A model generated the notes under the pieces. It saw only the letters and a program-made list of their open reading frames with translations, was not told the origin of the DNA and made no database searches. DNA of 34,856 bases, taken from assembly GCA_900299315.1 (NCBI GenBank), contig OMJI01000099.1, forward strand, positions 1 to 34,856. Reading direction: 5' to 3'. The stretch comes from Verrucomicrobiota bacterium (GTDB taxonomy: Bacteria > Verrucomicrobiota > Verrucomicrobiia > Palsa-1439). Shown here piece by piece: positions 26,485 through 34,856 of the stretch (the first letter of the stretch is position 1; each line of letters begins with the position of its first letter). The position numbers and the translations under genes were made by a program.

Positions 26485-28128
26485 GTGAAAGTCGCGTTGT
26501 TCGTTGGGATCGTCGTGATGGCGATGATCCACGAAGTGGTGGGTGTAACAGACGAGGAGAAGCGAGCCGGCGAGTTGTTGGCGCGCGGCCAATTCGAAGA
26601 AGCGGAACGGGCGTACCGGAAACTGGAGACGAGCGCCGCCGTCGACGCAGCGCAGATTGCGTCCGCGGTCTATCACCAAGGCTTGTGCCGCCTGAAAAAC
26701 GGGCAGTCGTCGGCTGCTTTCGCGCTGTGGAACCGGTTGCGGGCGTTTTATCCGCGCAGCCCGTATGCGTCGCAATCACTCTGGCTGCAAGCCGGGGCGA
26801 CAGATGCCGGTCGGCTCCGCGAGCAAGTCGTGGCTGAGTTGCTGGCAAAATATCCGACGGCACCCGAGGCGGCGCTGGTCTATCGCGACCGGGGCCAGGT
26901 GGCGTTCGACCAACAAGACTACCGGGGCGCGGTAGCGGCGTGGGACCGACTGGCCACTGACTTTCCGCAGCATCCGGCAGCGAAACAAATCGCGCCCCTG
27001 CTCGCAACCGCCAAACGCGCCGCGAGCGGGGATCGGGCTGCGACGACGGAAGCGGAAGTAGGCGGAATGCTCCAGCGCGCCGGCGCGTTGTATGACCACG
27101 CGGATTTCAAGGAAGCCGGCGACCTCTATGCGCGGATCGTGACCACCTACCCGACCGCGTCGCAAGTGCCCGAAGCCGCCTGCCGGCAGGCGCGGTGTCA
27201 GTTGGCGCTGGGTAAGCACGAGGACGCGGTGGCGACGTTGCAGCGCATGGCGGAACGCGCCCCCGGCAGCGGGGCCAAGCTGCTGGCCGAATTGGTGGTG
27301 CAGACTGCCGGCCTGCGGAAGTTTGATGACGTGCGTGAACAGGCCACGGCATTGTTGCGCCTGCGCTACCCGAATTCGTTTGAGACTCAGCAAGCCATGT
27401 TCATTGCGGGTTCGGTGGCATTGACGCGGAAGGAGCGCGAGTCGGCCACGCGCTTGTGGGACGACCTGCTCCAAGTCTATCCCAAAACCGTCTTCCGCAC
27501 GGCGATTGAGAGGGATCTAAAGCGGGCTGCCGAGCCACCGGCTCCGCCGCCGGTACCGCACCCGAAACAGCCAACGGCGGAAGAGTTGGCCGCCCGGCGC
27601 GCGGCGGAGCAGCAGCGACTCACGACGCAGGCGAGGAAAGCGGATGCCCTTTGGCGCAGCGCGTGGAAGACCATGGACGAGCGGGCTGATGAGGCCTTGC
27701 GGCTCGCGCGACTTTACCGACGGTTGGATCGCCCCGCCCAAGCGCGCGAGGTGTATGAGTGGATCTGGCGGCAGACACCGGAGCATCCGCGTGCCGCGCA
27801 GGCGGTGCTGGAGGCGGCCCAGACCAGTATTAGTCGCGGCGACGATCGCCAAGCGAAGGAATTGCTGACCTACTTGGTGAACCGCTACCTGTCGTCCCCG
27901 CTGCGCCCGGTGGCGTTGTACTGTCTTGGCAACCGGCAACTGCTGTACGAGGCCGACCTGAAGGGCGCGTGGGCTTACTACGCGGCGCTGCTGAAAGACC
28001 ATCCGACTCACGCGCTCGCCGACCGCACGCGGCGCTATTGGGCGTTGCTGCAAACGATCAAGCCCGCTGATTTGCGGGAACAACTCGCCGCGTCCGCGCG
28101 TCAACACCGGGGGAAAAGCCAATCGTGA
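26485..28128 (+). CDS. TPR-repeat protein with N-terminal signal anchor
   Basis: GTG start with an SD. Hydrophobic N-terminus KVALFVGIVVMAMI. Repeated A/L/Y/R-rich helical-hairpin units of about 34 aa (e.g. YRGAVAAWDRLATDFPQHPAA). The stop overlaps the next start (GTGA). Confidence 0.85.
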   Translation: MKVALFVGIVVMAMIHEVVGVTDEEKRAGELLARGQFEEAERAYRKLETSAAVDAAQIASAVYHQGLCRLKNGQSSAAFALWNRLRAFYPRSPYASQSLWLQAGATDAGRLREQVVAELLAKYPTAPEAALVYRDRGQVAFDQQDYRGAVAAWDRLATDFPQHPAAKQIAPLLATAKRAASGDRAATTEAEVGGMLQRAGALYDHADFKEAGDLYARIVTTYPTASQVPEAACRQARCQLALGKHEDAVATLQRMAERAPGSGAKLLAELVVQTAGLRKFDDVREQATALLRLRYPNSFETQQAMFIAGSVALTRKERESATRLWDDLLQVYPKTVFRTAIERDLKRAAEPPAPPPVPHPKQPTAEELAARRAAEQQRLTTQARKADALWRSAWKTMDERADEALRLARLYRRLDRPAQAREVYEWIWRQTPEHPRAAQAVLEAAQTSISRGDDRQAKELLTYLVNRYLSSPLRPVALYCLGNRQLLYEADLKGAWAYYAALLKDHPTHALADRTRRYWALLQTIKPADLREQLAASARQHRGKSQS

Positions 28129-29756
28129 ACGTGACCACCCACTGTTTGATCCTCGCCAGCAGCTTGCTGCTGGCCGGTCTCGCCCCGGGGGCCGATGTGA
28201 ACATCGTGATCCCGGGTGGCACCGCCGATACCTTCACCACGAACATCCACTTCAACGTGGCGGCCATCGGCGACCACCGCACCGTCCGCGTGACCCCGGG
28301 GAACTGCTATTACTTCTCCGTCTTGCCCGACGGCTCGGCGATGGACACCGATGTCACCATCGAACCCACGATGGGGCCGACCCGGTGCGAGGCAGAATTC
28401 AAGGTCACGCTCGTCAGCGGAGTCGAAGGCTGGGCGCGGATCAAAGGCAGCATCGCACCCGGCAATCAATGTGGGTGCAGTGGTACCAGTGGCGGTTCCG
28501 GCACGGCGACAGGGCGGGATTTCGTCATCGGCGTCACCAATCGGCTGGCCACGATCCAGTTTACCGAACCGGTCAACGGCACGAACCTGACGTGCTGCGC
28601 CGGCACGACCAATAATTTGGAGACGACCGTGGTGCTTGGCGACGGCGCCACGCCGTCGGCCGGCACGGTGACGTTCAGCGCCACGCCATCGAACCTTGGC
28701 TCATTCCATCCCTCCGCCAGCGTGGCGCTGGCTGCCGGCGTGGCCGCCACGCAATTCATCGCGACCACGAATGGCGGCAGCGGCACGATCACCGCCACCA
28801 CGACCGGCTTGCTGGATGAGGATGGCCACACCGTCCCGAATGTCGCCACGAATATCAGCGTGAGTGTGGTGAAAGTTAGGGTGAAGTGGAGTAGTACAGA
28901 TATAACTGGTAGCATGACAAACGTGATTGTTGGGCAACAGATTAACTTAAGTGCGGTGGTGGATCCGAGCGGTCTCACCCCCACGAGTTACCAATGGACG
29001 ATTCCCGGAACGAGGATTGCAAACTATTCCGCAGATGCAACGGCGGGGACAGTTACCCATCTCACAGCAACGAATCTGACCCAATCTTCGGTTGGGTTTT
29101 ATTGGATTGATGGGGCAGACAACCGGGAGGTGGAGTGTGTAGTCAGTTTTAACGGCGTTGCATGCAAAGGAAAGGCCACATTCAATGTCAAGAGGCCGAC
29201 AGCTAGTGTCGCCGCGACAACAGGAGCAGTAGGCGTCGGCACCTTGACCAACCAAGCTGCCGTTTGGCTTCATTTCGGTGACAAAGCTGCAATCCCTGGA
29301 ATCTCACTGTCACAGGAGAATACGATCCCGCCTGGTTTTTCGGGGGACTGGGAGTGGGTTCAGGTAGTCCAAGCTTCGGTACTCAGGGCAAAGGATGCGG
29401 TAACTGGGAAGTGGCGAAAAAAAGAAGGTAGTGGGTTGGATACTACGTATCCATACAATCAATCTCCTGTTCTGGCCGAGGATTCGCCGAGATTAGAACT
29501 CCGCAGCAGCAAAGTAGAAGAAACAGCTGATGAGTCGTTTAGTATCTGGTTAATGTTCAAACCATCTACTCCAAACTCCATTTGGGTTCCGGTAAGAAAG
29601 GTAAATTGGTATTGGAAGGGGAATGCAGTTCAGTCCAGTGGTTCATGGAGTTTGACCTCTAGTACTCATGCGACCAACCCATCTGACGCAGACTCAACCG
29701 ACCATCCGACATGGACAGGTAATATAGCTAATAGCATTTGGGTCGATGAGCCGTAA
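28125..29756 (+). CDS. secreted protein: GC-rich N-terminal Ig-like module fused to a low-GC C-terminal region
   Basis: Signal peptide HCLILASSLLLAGLAPGA. Big-like segment GTVTFSATPS...TQFIATTNGGSGTITATT. Codon usage switches abruptly near nt 28860 (aa 245). No catalytic motif recognised. Confidence 0.8.
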   Translation: MNVTTHCLILASSLLLAGLAPGADVNIVIPGGTADTFTTNIHFNVAAIGDHRTVRVTPGNCYYFSVLPDGSAMDTDVTIEPTMGPTRCEAEFKVTLVSGVEGWARIKGSIAPGNQCGCSGTSGGSGTATGRDFVIGVTNRLATIQFTEPVNGTNLTCCAGTTNNLETTVVLGDGATPSAGTVTFSATPSNLGSFHPSASVALAAGVAATQFIATTNGGSGTITATTTGLLDEDGHTVPNVATNISVSVVKVRVKWSSTDITGSMTNVIVGQQINLSAVVDPSGLTPTSYQWTIPGTRIANYSADATAGTVTHLTATNLTQSSVGFYWIDGADNREVECVVSFNGVACKGKATFNVKRPTASVAATTGAVGVGTLTNQAAVWLHFGDKAAIPGISLSQENTIPPGFSGDWEWVQVVQASVLRAKDAVTGKWRKKEGSGLDTTYPYNQSPVLAEDSPRLELRSSKVEETADESFSIWLMFKPSTPNSIWVPVRKVNWYWKGNAVQSSGSWSLTSSTHATNPSDADSTDHPTWTGNIANSIWVDEP

Positions 29757-29777
29757 CTACTCTAAGGAAACTAACAT

Positions 29778-30323
29778 ATGAAAACCTCGATCAAACTCGT
29801 ACTTACCGGTTCGATGGGCGTCATCTTAATTATCTTTTCTTGTGGGCGCGGAAGTTCATCCGGACAAGAGACCGCCAACAGCCAGAAGTCAACGACAAAT
29901 TTCTGGGGAAAGGTGGCATGCGGCTTCCAGTTGTCTCTATCACTCGATCGGGAGATGTACCGGGTCGGTGAACCGATGACAGCCACTGTAAAATTACGGA
30001 ATAGTTCTGATCAATCCCAAGGGATAGGTGAAAGCAATCCCGAAGCTGATTTTGATGTCGTAGTCAAAGACGACAACGGGAAAGATGTCCCACGTTCAGC
30101 TTACTGGAAGCAGCTTCAAGAAGACCCTCAATCATATCGTGATTTCATGGCAAAGATGAAATCTGGTGAAGAGATGAAGTACACCATGACAATCAGCAAA
30201 CTATTCAACATGAGGACCAAGGGGCTTTACTCTATTAGCGTGAAGCGCAAAGTGCTGATCAGTGGTGGCGGAGACATATGTGAAGTCATATCGAATACTG
30301 TTCTCGTACGGATTACTGACTAG
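29778..30323 (+). CDS. lipoprotein, Ig-fold-like, unknown function (low GC)
   Basis: AAGGAAA SD-like sequence upstream of the ATG. Lipobox LIIFS|CGRG. CGFQLSLSLDREMYRVGEPMTATVKLRNSS resembles beta-sandwich modules (MG/BsuPI-like), which is only an impression. Confidence 0.8.
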   Translation: MKTSIKLVLTGSMGVILIIFSCGRGSSSGQETANSQKSTTNFWGKVACGFQLSLSLDREMYRVGEPMTATVKLRNSSDQSQGIGESNPEADFDVVVKDDNGKDVPRSAYWKQLQEDPQSYRDFMAKMKSGEEMKYTMTISKLFNMRTKGLYSISVKRKVLISGGGDICEVISNTVLVRITD

Positions 30324-30589
30324 CAGTCGTAAAAATAAAGGCATCAGTCCATAGCGGTGAGTGGAACTAAAAACAGGAACAAGGGGGAAATGTTCCCGCT
30401 GCAATTTCGGCGAAAGGTTCACCCTCCACGGCGCAAAGTTTTCGCATTTGCTCCATACCGCTTGGCCAAGTCCGTAGTCTCCCGAGTCAGCGGCAGTGTC
30501 GGGAACCGTTTCTCCAGATCGGCTGCGAGTTCGGCTAGGCGTTTCAGGGAAATCTGGCAGTCGCGTGGCGGGTCCTGACCCTCGATTGA

Positions 30590-31942
30590 TCAGGCGCCGA
30601 GTCCGATCGATTTGCGTTTCTTCAGCAGCGTGGCCCGGTTCATCTTCAACTCGCGGGCGAGCACGCTCGGCTTGTGGTCGTAGTGGCGGAGCAGATTCTT
30701 CAACACGCACGCCTCAATGGCGGCGCGGATGTCGTCGTAGGTCGCCCCGGCGGCGAGCTGTTGCTGGAGCCACGGCGCGAGCGCGGTTTGCAACGTGTCG
30801 CCGGCCGGTGGTTCGTAATGCCGGATCGAGCGCGGCAGGTGTTGCGGCAGGATTTGCGGGCCGCTGGCGACGGCGGCGGCGTGTTCGAGGGCGTTGCGAA
30901 GCTCGCGCACGTTACCGGGCCAGGCGTATTGCTGGAGTCGGCGGAGTGTGTCCGCCGCGAGTAGCCGACCGGGGGCGATGCGGCCGAGGAAGAACGCGCT
31001 GAGTGCCGGTATGTCTTCCAGCCGCTTGGTCAACGGCGGAATCTCGATGTCGAGCACGTGGAGCCGGTAGTAGAGGTCCTCGCGGAACCGCCCGGCCGCG
31101 ACCTCGGCACGCAGATCCCGGTGCGTGGCGGTGATCAGCCGCAAGTCCACCCGGCGTTCCTCCCGGCCGCCGAGTCGCAGGAAGGTTTTCTCCTCCACCA
31201 CGCGCAACAGTTTCGCCTGCACCGCCGGGGAAATGTCGCCAATCTCGTCGAGGAACAACGTCCCGCCCGCGGCGCGTTCGATGTGGCCGGTCTTGGCCGC
31301 GAGCGCGCCGGTGAAGGCGCCGCGTTCGTGGCCGAACAGCTCGCTCTCCAGCAACTGTTCCGGGAGTGCCGCGCAATGCAGCACGACGAATGGCCGGGCT
31401 TGCCTGGCGCTGTTGGCGTGGATGACACGCGCGACGAGCGACTTGCCGGTGCCGGTCGGCCCGCTGATCAATACCGGCGCGTCGCTCGCGCAGGCGTTGG
31501 CGATGGCCACGAAGACCGGCTGCATCACCGCGGCGCCACCGATGAGCAGCGCGCTCTCGGCGTCGGCCGGCGAAGCGACCGGCACCGGCTGGGCGAGCAG
31601 TTGCTTCACGACGGCGAGGAACTGGGTGAGGTCGAGCGGCTTGACGAGGTACTCCGCCGCGCCGCGTTGCTTGGCGGTGATGGCGTTGTCGAGATTGCCG
31701 TGCGCGGTGATGACGAGCGTGGGGACGCGGATTTCCTCCAGCAACTCCAGCCCGTTCATGTCCGGTAGGCCGATGTCGAGGATGACGAGGTCGAACGCCG
31801 CGCCAGCCAATTCCTCGCGGGCGCGCTGGCCAGAGTAGCAGGTCACCGCCTGCGCGCCCAACCGGCCAACGGCGGCGGCCAACGCAGCGGCGAGCGCGTG
31901 TTCGTCCTCGACAATCAGGATGCGGGGGGAAGTTTCAGCCAT
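30590..31942 (-). CDS. sigma54-dependent response regulator (NtrC family)
   Basis: Receiver domain RILIVEDE...DLVILDIGLPDMNG. AAA+ Walker A GPTGTGKS, GAFTGA loop, Walker B LFLDEIGD. C-terminal Fis-type HTH. ATG at 31942 (MAETSP...). Confidence 0.93.
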   Translation of the reverse strand: MAETSPRILIVEDEHALAAALAAAVGRLGAQAVTCYSGQRAREELAGAAFDLVILDIGLPDMNGLELLEEIRVPTLVITAHGNLDNAITAKQRGAAEYLVKPLDLTQFLAVVKQLLAQPVPVASPADAESALLIGGAAVMQPVFVAIANACASDAPVLISGPTGTGKSLVARVIHANSARQARPFVVLHCAALPEQLLESELFGHERGAFTGALAAKTGHIERAAGGTLFLDEIGDISPAVQAKLLRVVEEKTFLRLGGREERRVDLRLITATHRDLRAEVAAGRFREDLYYRLHVLDIEIPPLTKRLEDIPALSAFFLGRIAPGRLLAADTLRRLQQYAWPGNVRELRNALEHAAAVASGPQILPQHLPRSIRHYEPPAGDTLQTALAPWLQQQLAAGATYDDIRAAIEACVLKNLLRHYDHKPSVLARELKMNRATLLKKRKSIGLGA

Positions 31943-32958
31943 ACAGATGCTCCGCCGGTGGGTGAGTTCTCGAGCGTCAGCGCGCCACCGTGCGCGCGGA
32001 TGATTTCGTGGGCGACGCTGAGCCCGATGCCCATGCCGCCTTCGCGTTCGGAAAAGAATAGCTCCGTGCCGCGCGCCAACGCAGTCGGCGAGAATCCCCG
32101 GCCCGTGTCCAGCACGCCGAGCCGGCCGTCGCGGTACTCGAAGGTGAGTTTGCCTCCGCCCGGCATGGCTTGGATGGCGTTCCACGCGATGTTGCGGAGC
32201 GCTTGTTCGAGCCGGCGCCGGTCAGCCCGGACCAGCGACCCGACCGGGACGTTCGTCGCGATGGTGACCCGGGCATGCTCTGCCTGCGCCGCGAGCGCGG
32301 TCGCGACCGTTGCGACGACGTCGTGAAGATCGACAGGCGAAGTGGCCGGAGGCGTTGGTTTGGCGAGGAACTGCCATTGATTGACGAGCGACTCGATCCG
32401 GTCGGCCTCGGCGCGGATCAATGGCAGCGCGGCTGGCTCGCCGAGTTGCGCGTGGAGGCGGATGGCGGCGACCGGGTTGTGGATCTCATGCGCCAGACTA
32501 GCCGCCATCTTTCCCAGCACCGCCAGCCGGGCCGTGGCGAGGAACCGCCGGGCCATGACCCACGCCAACGCGAGCGAAAATCCCCAAAACGCGCCGAAGG
32601 CGAGCAACGATACCGGCCGCAAAAGCAGAGCGCGCAACGACGGTGTTTCCCGGATGAGCGTGAGGTCGAACCCGGGCTCGACGGTGACCGTCACCGCTTG
32701 ATGGCGTCGGTCGGCGGCCGGTACGCGGCGAAAATGGACTTCGACTCCGAGCACCTGACTCAGGTAGTTAGCGAACCGGTCATCAGCCGGTAGGTGGACA
32801 GACCGGACGAACTCGGCATTCGCCGCCGCAAGCGCGGTGAAATCCCGGTAGGACTGACGGCGATAGCTGACTTGCAGCAGTGCCGCCAAGGCCACTGAGC
32901 CGGCAACGACGAACGCCAGAAACGGGACGCCGATTTGCCACCAGACGCTGGGTTTCAT
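31915..32958 (-). CDS. sensor histidine kinase
   Basis: Two TM helices flank a sensor loop of about 100 aa. H-box SLAHEIHNPVAAI. G-boxes DTGRGF and GGMGIGLSVA. The 3' end overlaps the regulator start by 28 nt. Confidence 0.9.
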   Translation of the reverse strand: MKPSVWWQIGVPFLAFVVAGSVALAALLQVSYRRQSYRDFTALAAANAEFVRSVHLPADDRFANYLSQVLGVEVHFRRVPAADRRHQAVTVTVEPGFDLTLIRETPSLRALLLRPVSLLAFGAFWGFSLALAWVMARRFLATARLAVLGKMAASLAHEIHNPVAAIRLHAQLGEPAALPLIRAEADRIESLVNQWQFLAKPTPPATSPVDLHDVVATVATALAAQAEHARVTIATNVPVGSLVRADRRRLEQALRNIAWNAIQAMPGGGKLTFEYRDGRLGVLDTGRGFSPTALARGTELFFSEREGGMGIGLSVAHEIIRAHGGALTLENSPTGGASVWLKLPPAS

Positions 32959-32989
32959 TGGCTACTTTCTATACATATGCTTTCAGTTC

Positions 32990-33030
32990 GTGGATAGGAA
33001 ATAAACACAGTGAATCGAACCTGTATCCAC
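32990..33030. promoter_or_regulatory. inverted repeat, candidate activator binding site (UAS)
   Basis: GTGGATA (32990-32996) and TATCCAC (33024-33030), separated by 27 AT-rich bp. It lies about 45-80 bp upstream of the -24/-12 candidate. Confidence 0.25.
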
Positions 33031-33070
33031 AAGAGGTTTGAAACAAGGCGATTATGTTTTTGGTGGCACT

Positions 33071-33086
33071 TGGCACAGGTGTTGTA
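33071..33086 (+). promoter_or_regulatory. sigma54 (-24/-12) promoter candidate
   Basis: TGGCAC-AGGTG-TTGTA against consensus TGGCAC-N5-TTGCW. There is one mismatch, at the -12 C. It lies 13 nt upstream of the SD GGAGAAGG and ATG 33099. Confidence 0.45.
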
Positions 33087-33098
33087 TATGGAGAAGGT

Positions 33099-33962
33099 AT
33101 GAAAGCATGGCTAATTTGTGGCGTTGTGATGACTTGCGGGGTGGTTTGGGCTGATCAGGTGAACAAGCTACCGGAGGTGAACGTAACGGCGGAGCAGTTG
33201 GAGGAAGAGCGGCCGGTCGGGCCGAACCAGCAACCGGATTGGACGACACAGCGGCGATTCCCGACGACTCGCGTTTACGTGCAGCAGCCACCGTGGGGCG
33301 TGGGATTCGAGCAGTGGTGGCGCGGCAAGTTCCCGCGGAAAGGCGATTCGAGTCACCTGTTTCAGGAAGAACTTTCGGTCGGCCTCCCTTACCGGCTCCA
33401 GTTGGACATCTACGAGAACTGGGAGATCAACGAGCAAGGTACCGTTCGCCATGCCGGCATCCAGCCGGAAGTCCGGTGGGCCTTGGCGGAATGGGGGAAG
33501 ATTCCGTTAAACCCGACGATCTACGGCGAGTGGAAGTTCAACGACGAGGCGCCGGACGGTTACGAGATCAAGATTCTATTTGGCGAAGAACTGGCGCCCC
33601 GGTGGCACTGGGGTTTCAACGCAATCTACGAACAGGAAGTCGGCGGCGAACGCGAGACGGAATGGGCGTGGAGCCAGGCGATCAGCTACACGTTGATCGA
33701 CCAGAAACTGAGCGCGGGCGTGGAAATGAAATTTGCCTACGTCACCGCGAAAGGTTCGCGGGCCACTCCGGAGATTGAGTTCCTGATGGGCCCGAGCCTG
33801 CAATGGCGCCCGACGCCCAACACGCATCTCGACATCGTCCCGCTCTTTGGCGTGACGGAGGATTCGCGGCGGGTGGATGCGTTCGTGGTGTTCGGCGTGG
33901 ATTTCGGGCCCGGTAACAAACGCGAACAGGCGCGCGCCCCGGTCTCGCTCCAGAGCCAGTAA
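33099..33962 (+). CDS. putative outer-membrane beta-barrel protein
   Basis: ATG 33099 with an SD. Signal peptide MKAWLICGVVMTCGVVWA. Alternating aromatic/polar strand pattern (YRLQLDIYENWEI, WHWGFNAIYEQEV, AFVVFGVDFG). No family recognised. Confidence 0.7.
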   Translation: MKAWLICGVVMTCGVVWADQVNKLPEVNVTAEQLEEERPVGPNQQPDWTTQRRFPTTRVYVQQPPWGVGFEQWWRGKFPRKGDSSHLFQEELSVGLPYRLQLDIYENWEINEQGTVRHAGIQPEVRWALAEWGKIPLNPTIYGEWKFNDEAPDGYEIKILFGEELAPRWHWGFNAIYEQEVGGERETEWAWSQAISYTLIDQKLSAGVEMKFAYVTAKGSRATPEIEFLMGPSLQWRPTPNTHLDIVPLFGVTEDSRRVDAFVVFGVDFGPGNKREQARAPVSLQSQ

Positions 33963-34000
33963 CCTTGCCAGCGACTCCGGATTGCCCTAGCTTCGCTCCA

Positions 34001-34856
34001 TGAAAACATTCTTCGCTTTCCTGCTGACCCTGACGCTGGCGGCGCACGGCGCTGATTTGCCAAGCAAGTCGGACGAATCCCTGCTCAAGGAAGTCGCGCA
34101 CGCCCAGGAACGCGGCTTGGCGTGGCTGTTGACGAAGCAGTTGCCAAACGGTTCGTGGAACATGCACCCGGCCATCACCGGGCTCGCGATCACATCGCTC
34201 TACCGGTCGGGCCGCGAGCTGACCGTGGAGGAAAAGGCGGCGGCGGAACGGGCCGAAAAGTTCATCGTCGGTTGCGTGAAGCCGACCGGGGCGATCTTCG
34301 GCGGCAGCGACACGGACAAGTATCCGAACTATTCCACCGCGATTTGCACGATGGCGTTGCTGGCGACCGGCAAAGCGGAGTACCAGCCGATCATCAAGAA
34401 TGCCCGGCAGTTCCTGCTCGGCTCGCAATTCGACGAGACGGAGGATGTCTCCACCAACAATCCGAGCTACGGCGGCATCGGTTACGGTCGGCGCGAACGG
34501 CCGGACCTCTCGAACATGCAGTGGGCGTTGGAGGCCATCAAACTTACCGACTCGCTCGACACGATGGCCGGTGATTCGCCTCACCAAGGCTCGAAGCTGC
34601 ACTGGGAGAAGGCGCTGAAATTCCTCCAGCGTTGCCAGAACCTTCCCGGCGCCAACGACCAGCCGTGGGCGAAAGAGGTCACCGCCGAGAACCGGGGCGG
34701 CTTCATCTACATGCCCGGCGACCCGGCCAAGAACCTCGCGCCGGTCAGCTTCGCCGATGACGATGTCACCGAGGGGCAGAAACCGCTGCGCAGCTACGCC
34801 AGCATGAGCTACGCGGGGTTGAAGAGTTACATCTACGCCGACTTGAAGAAGGACGA
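34001..34856 (+). CDS. secreted prenyltransferase/squalene-cyclase-repeat protein, 3' partial (not in ORF track)
   Basis: Hand translation from ATG 34001 stays open to the window end: MKTFFAFLLTLTLAAHGADLPSK...LLTKQLPNGSWNMHPAITGLAITSLY...FLLGSQFDE...NPSYGGIGYG. The QxxxGxW-like repeats are typical of terpene-cyclase-fold proteins. Confidence 0.8.

Noticed and set aside
29416-29422. A7 tract inside the low-GC part of the secreted-protein ORF, as a possible frameshift switch
   Set aside because: The run is short and expected by chance in a region of about 40% GC (codons AAA AAA = KK). The reading frame is intact on both sides.
30428-30589. 53 sense codons in frame directly after the response-regulator TGA, ending ...LAKRYGANAKTLRRGG and faintly HTH-like. 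This could be a readthrough extension or a transposase remnant.
   Set aside because: It has no start codon. A 53-codon open stretch is not unusual by chance in GC-rich DNA, and the HTH resemblance is weak. I keep it only as a possible relic at the edge of the low-GC block.

Overview
GC-rich segment (about 60-65% by eye, not computed), apparently chromosomal. Gene content suggests a PVC-group, Verrucomicrobiota-like bacterium: Tat-exported aldo/keto reductase, a GxxExxY gene, a secreted prenyltransferase-repeat protein and weak Shine-Dalgarno usage. This placement is inference only. I support about 35 protein-coding genes. I recognise no rRNA, tRNA, CRISPR array, transposase or integrase. Housekeeping genes are glgB, era, asd, ruvB and an N-terminal-half-only carB. 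They are interspersed with accessory blocks. (1) A four-gene operon at 4385-9436: membrane-anchored unknown protein, Tat-exported DUF362-like protein, NapH-like polyferredoxin and Tat-exported Fe-S aldo/keto reductase. (2) A 1.66-kb low-GC islet at 18.8-20.5 kb, flanked by 88-bp direct repeats (86/88 identical). It carries a DUF4160/DUF2442 pair and a lipoprotein gene. (3) An AraC-linked cluster at 22.8-26.2 kb: di-iron ferritin-like protein, GNAT and PIG-L deacetylase. (4) A TPR / secreted Ig-like protein / lipoprotein operon at 26.5-30.3 kb. Its promoter spacer holds a C10 tract, and base composition drops from about 70% to about 42% GC in the middle of the 543-aa ORF. (5) A sigma54-type two-component system divergent from an outer-membrane gene that has a -24/-12-like promoter. 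A family of TGTAGC...GCTACA palindromic elements occupies gene 3' ends throughout the window. One version brackets the GxxExxY nuclease-fold gene. All functional calls come from motifs read in the translations and from memory of families. No database search was run.
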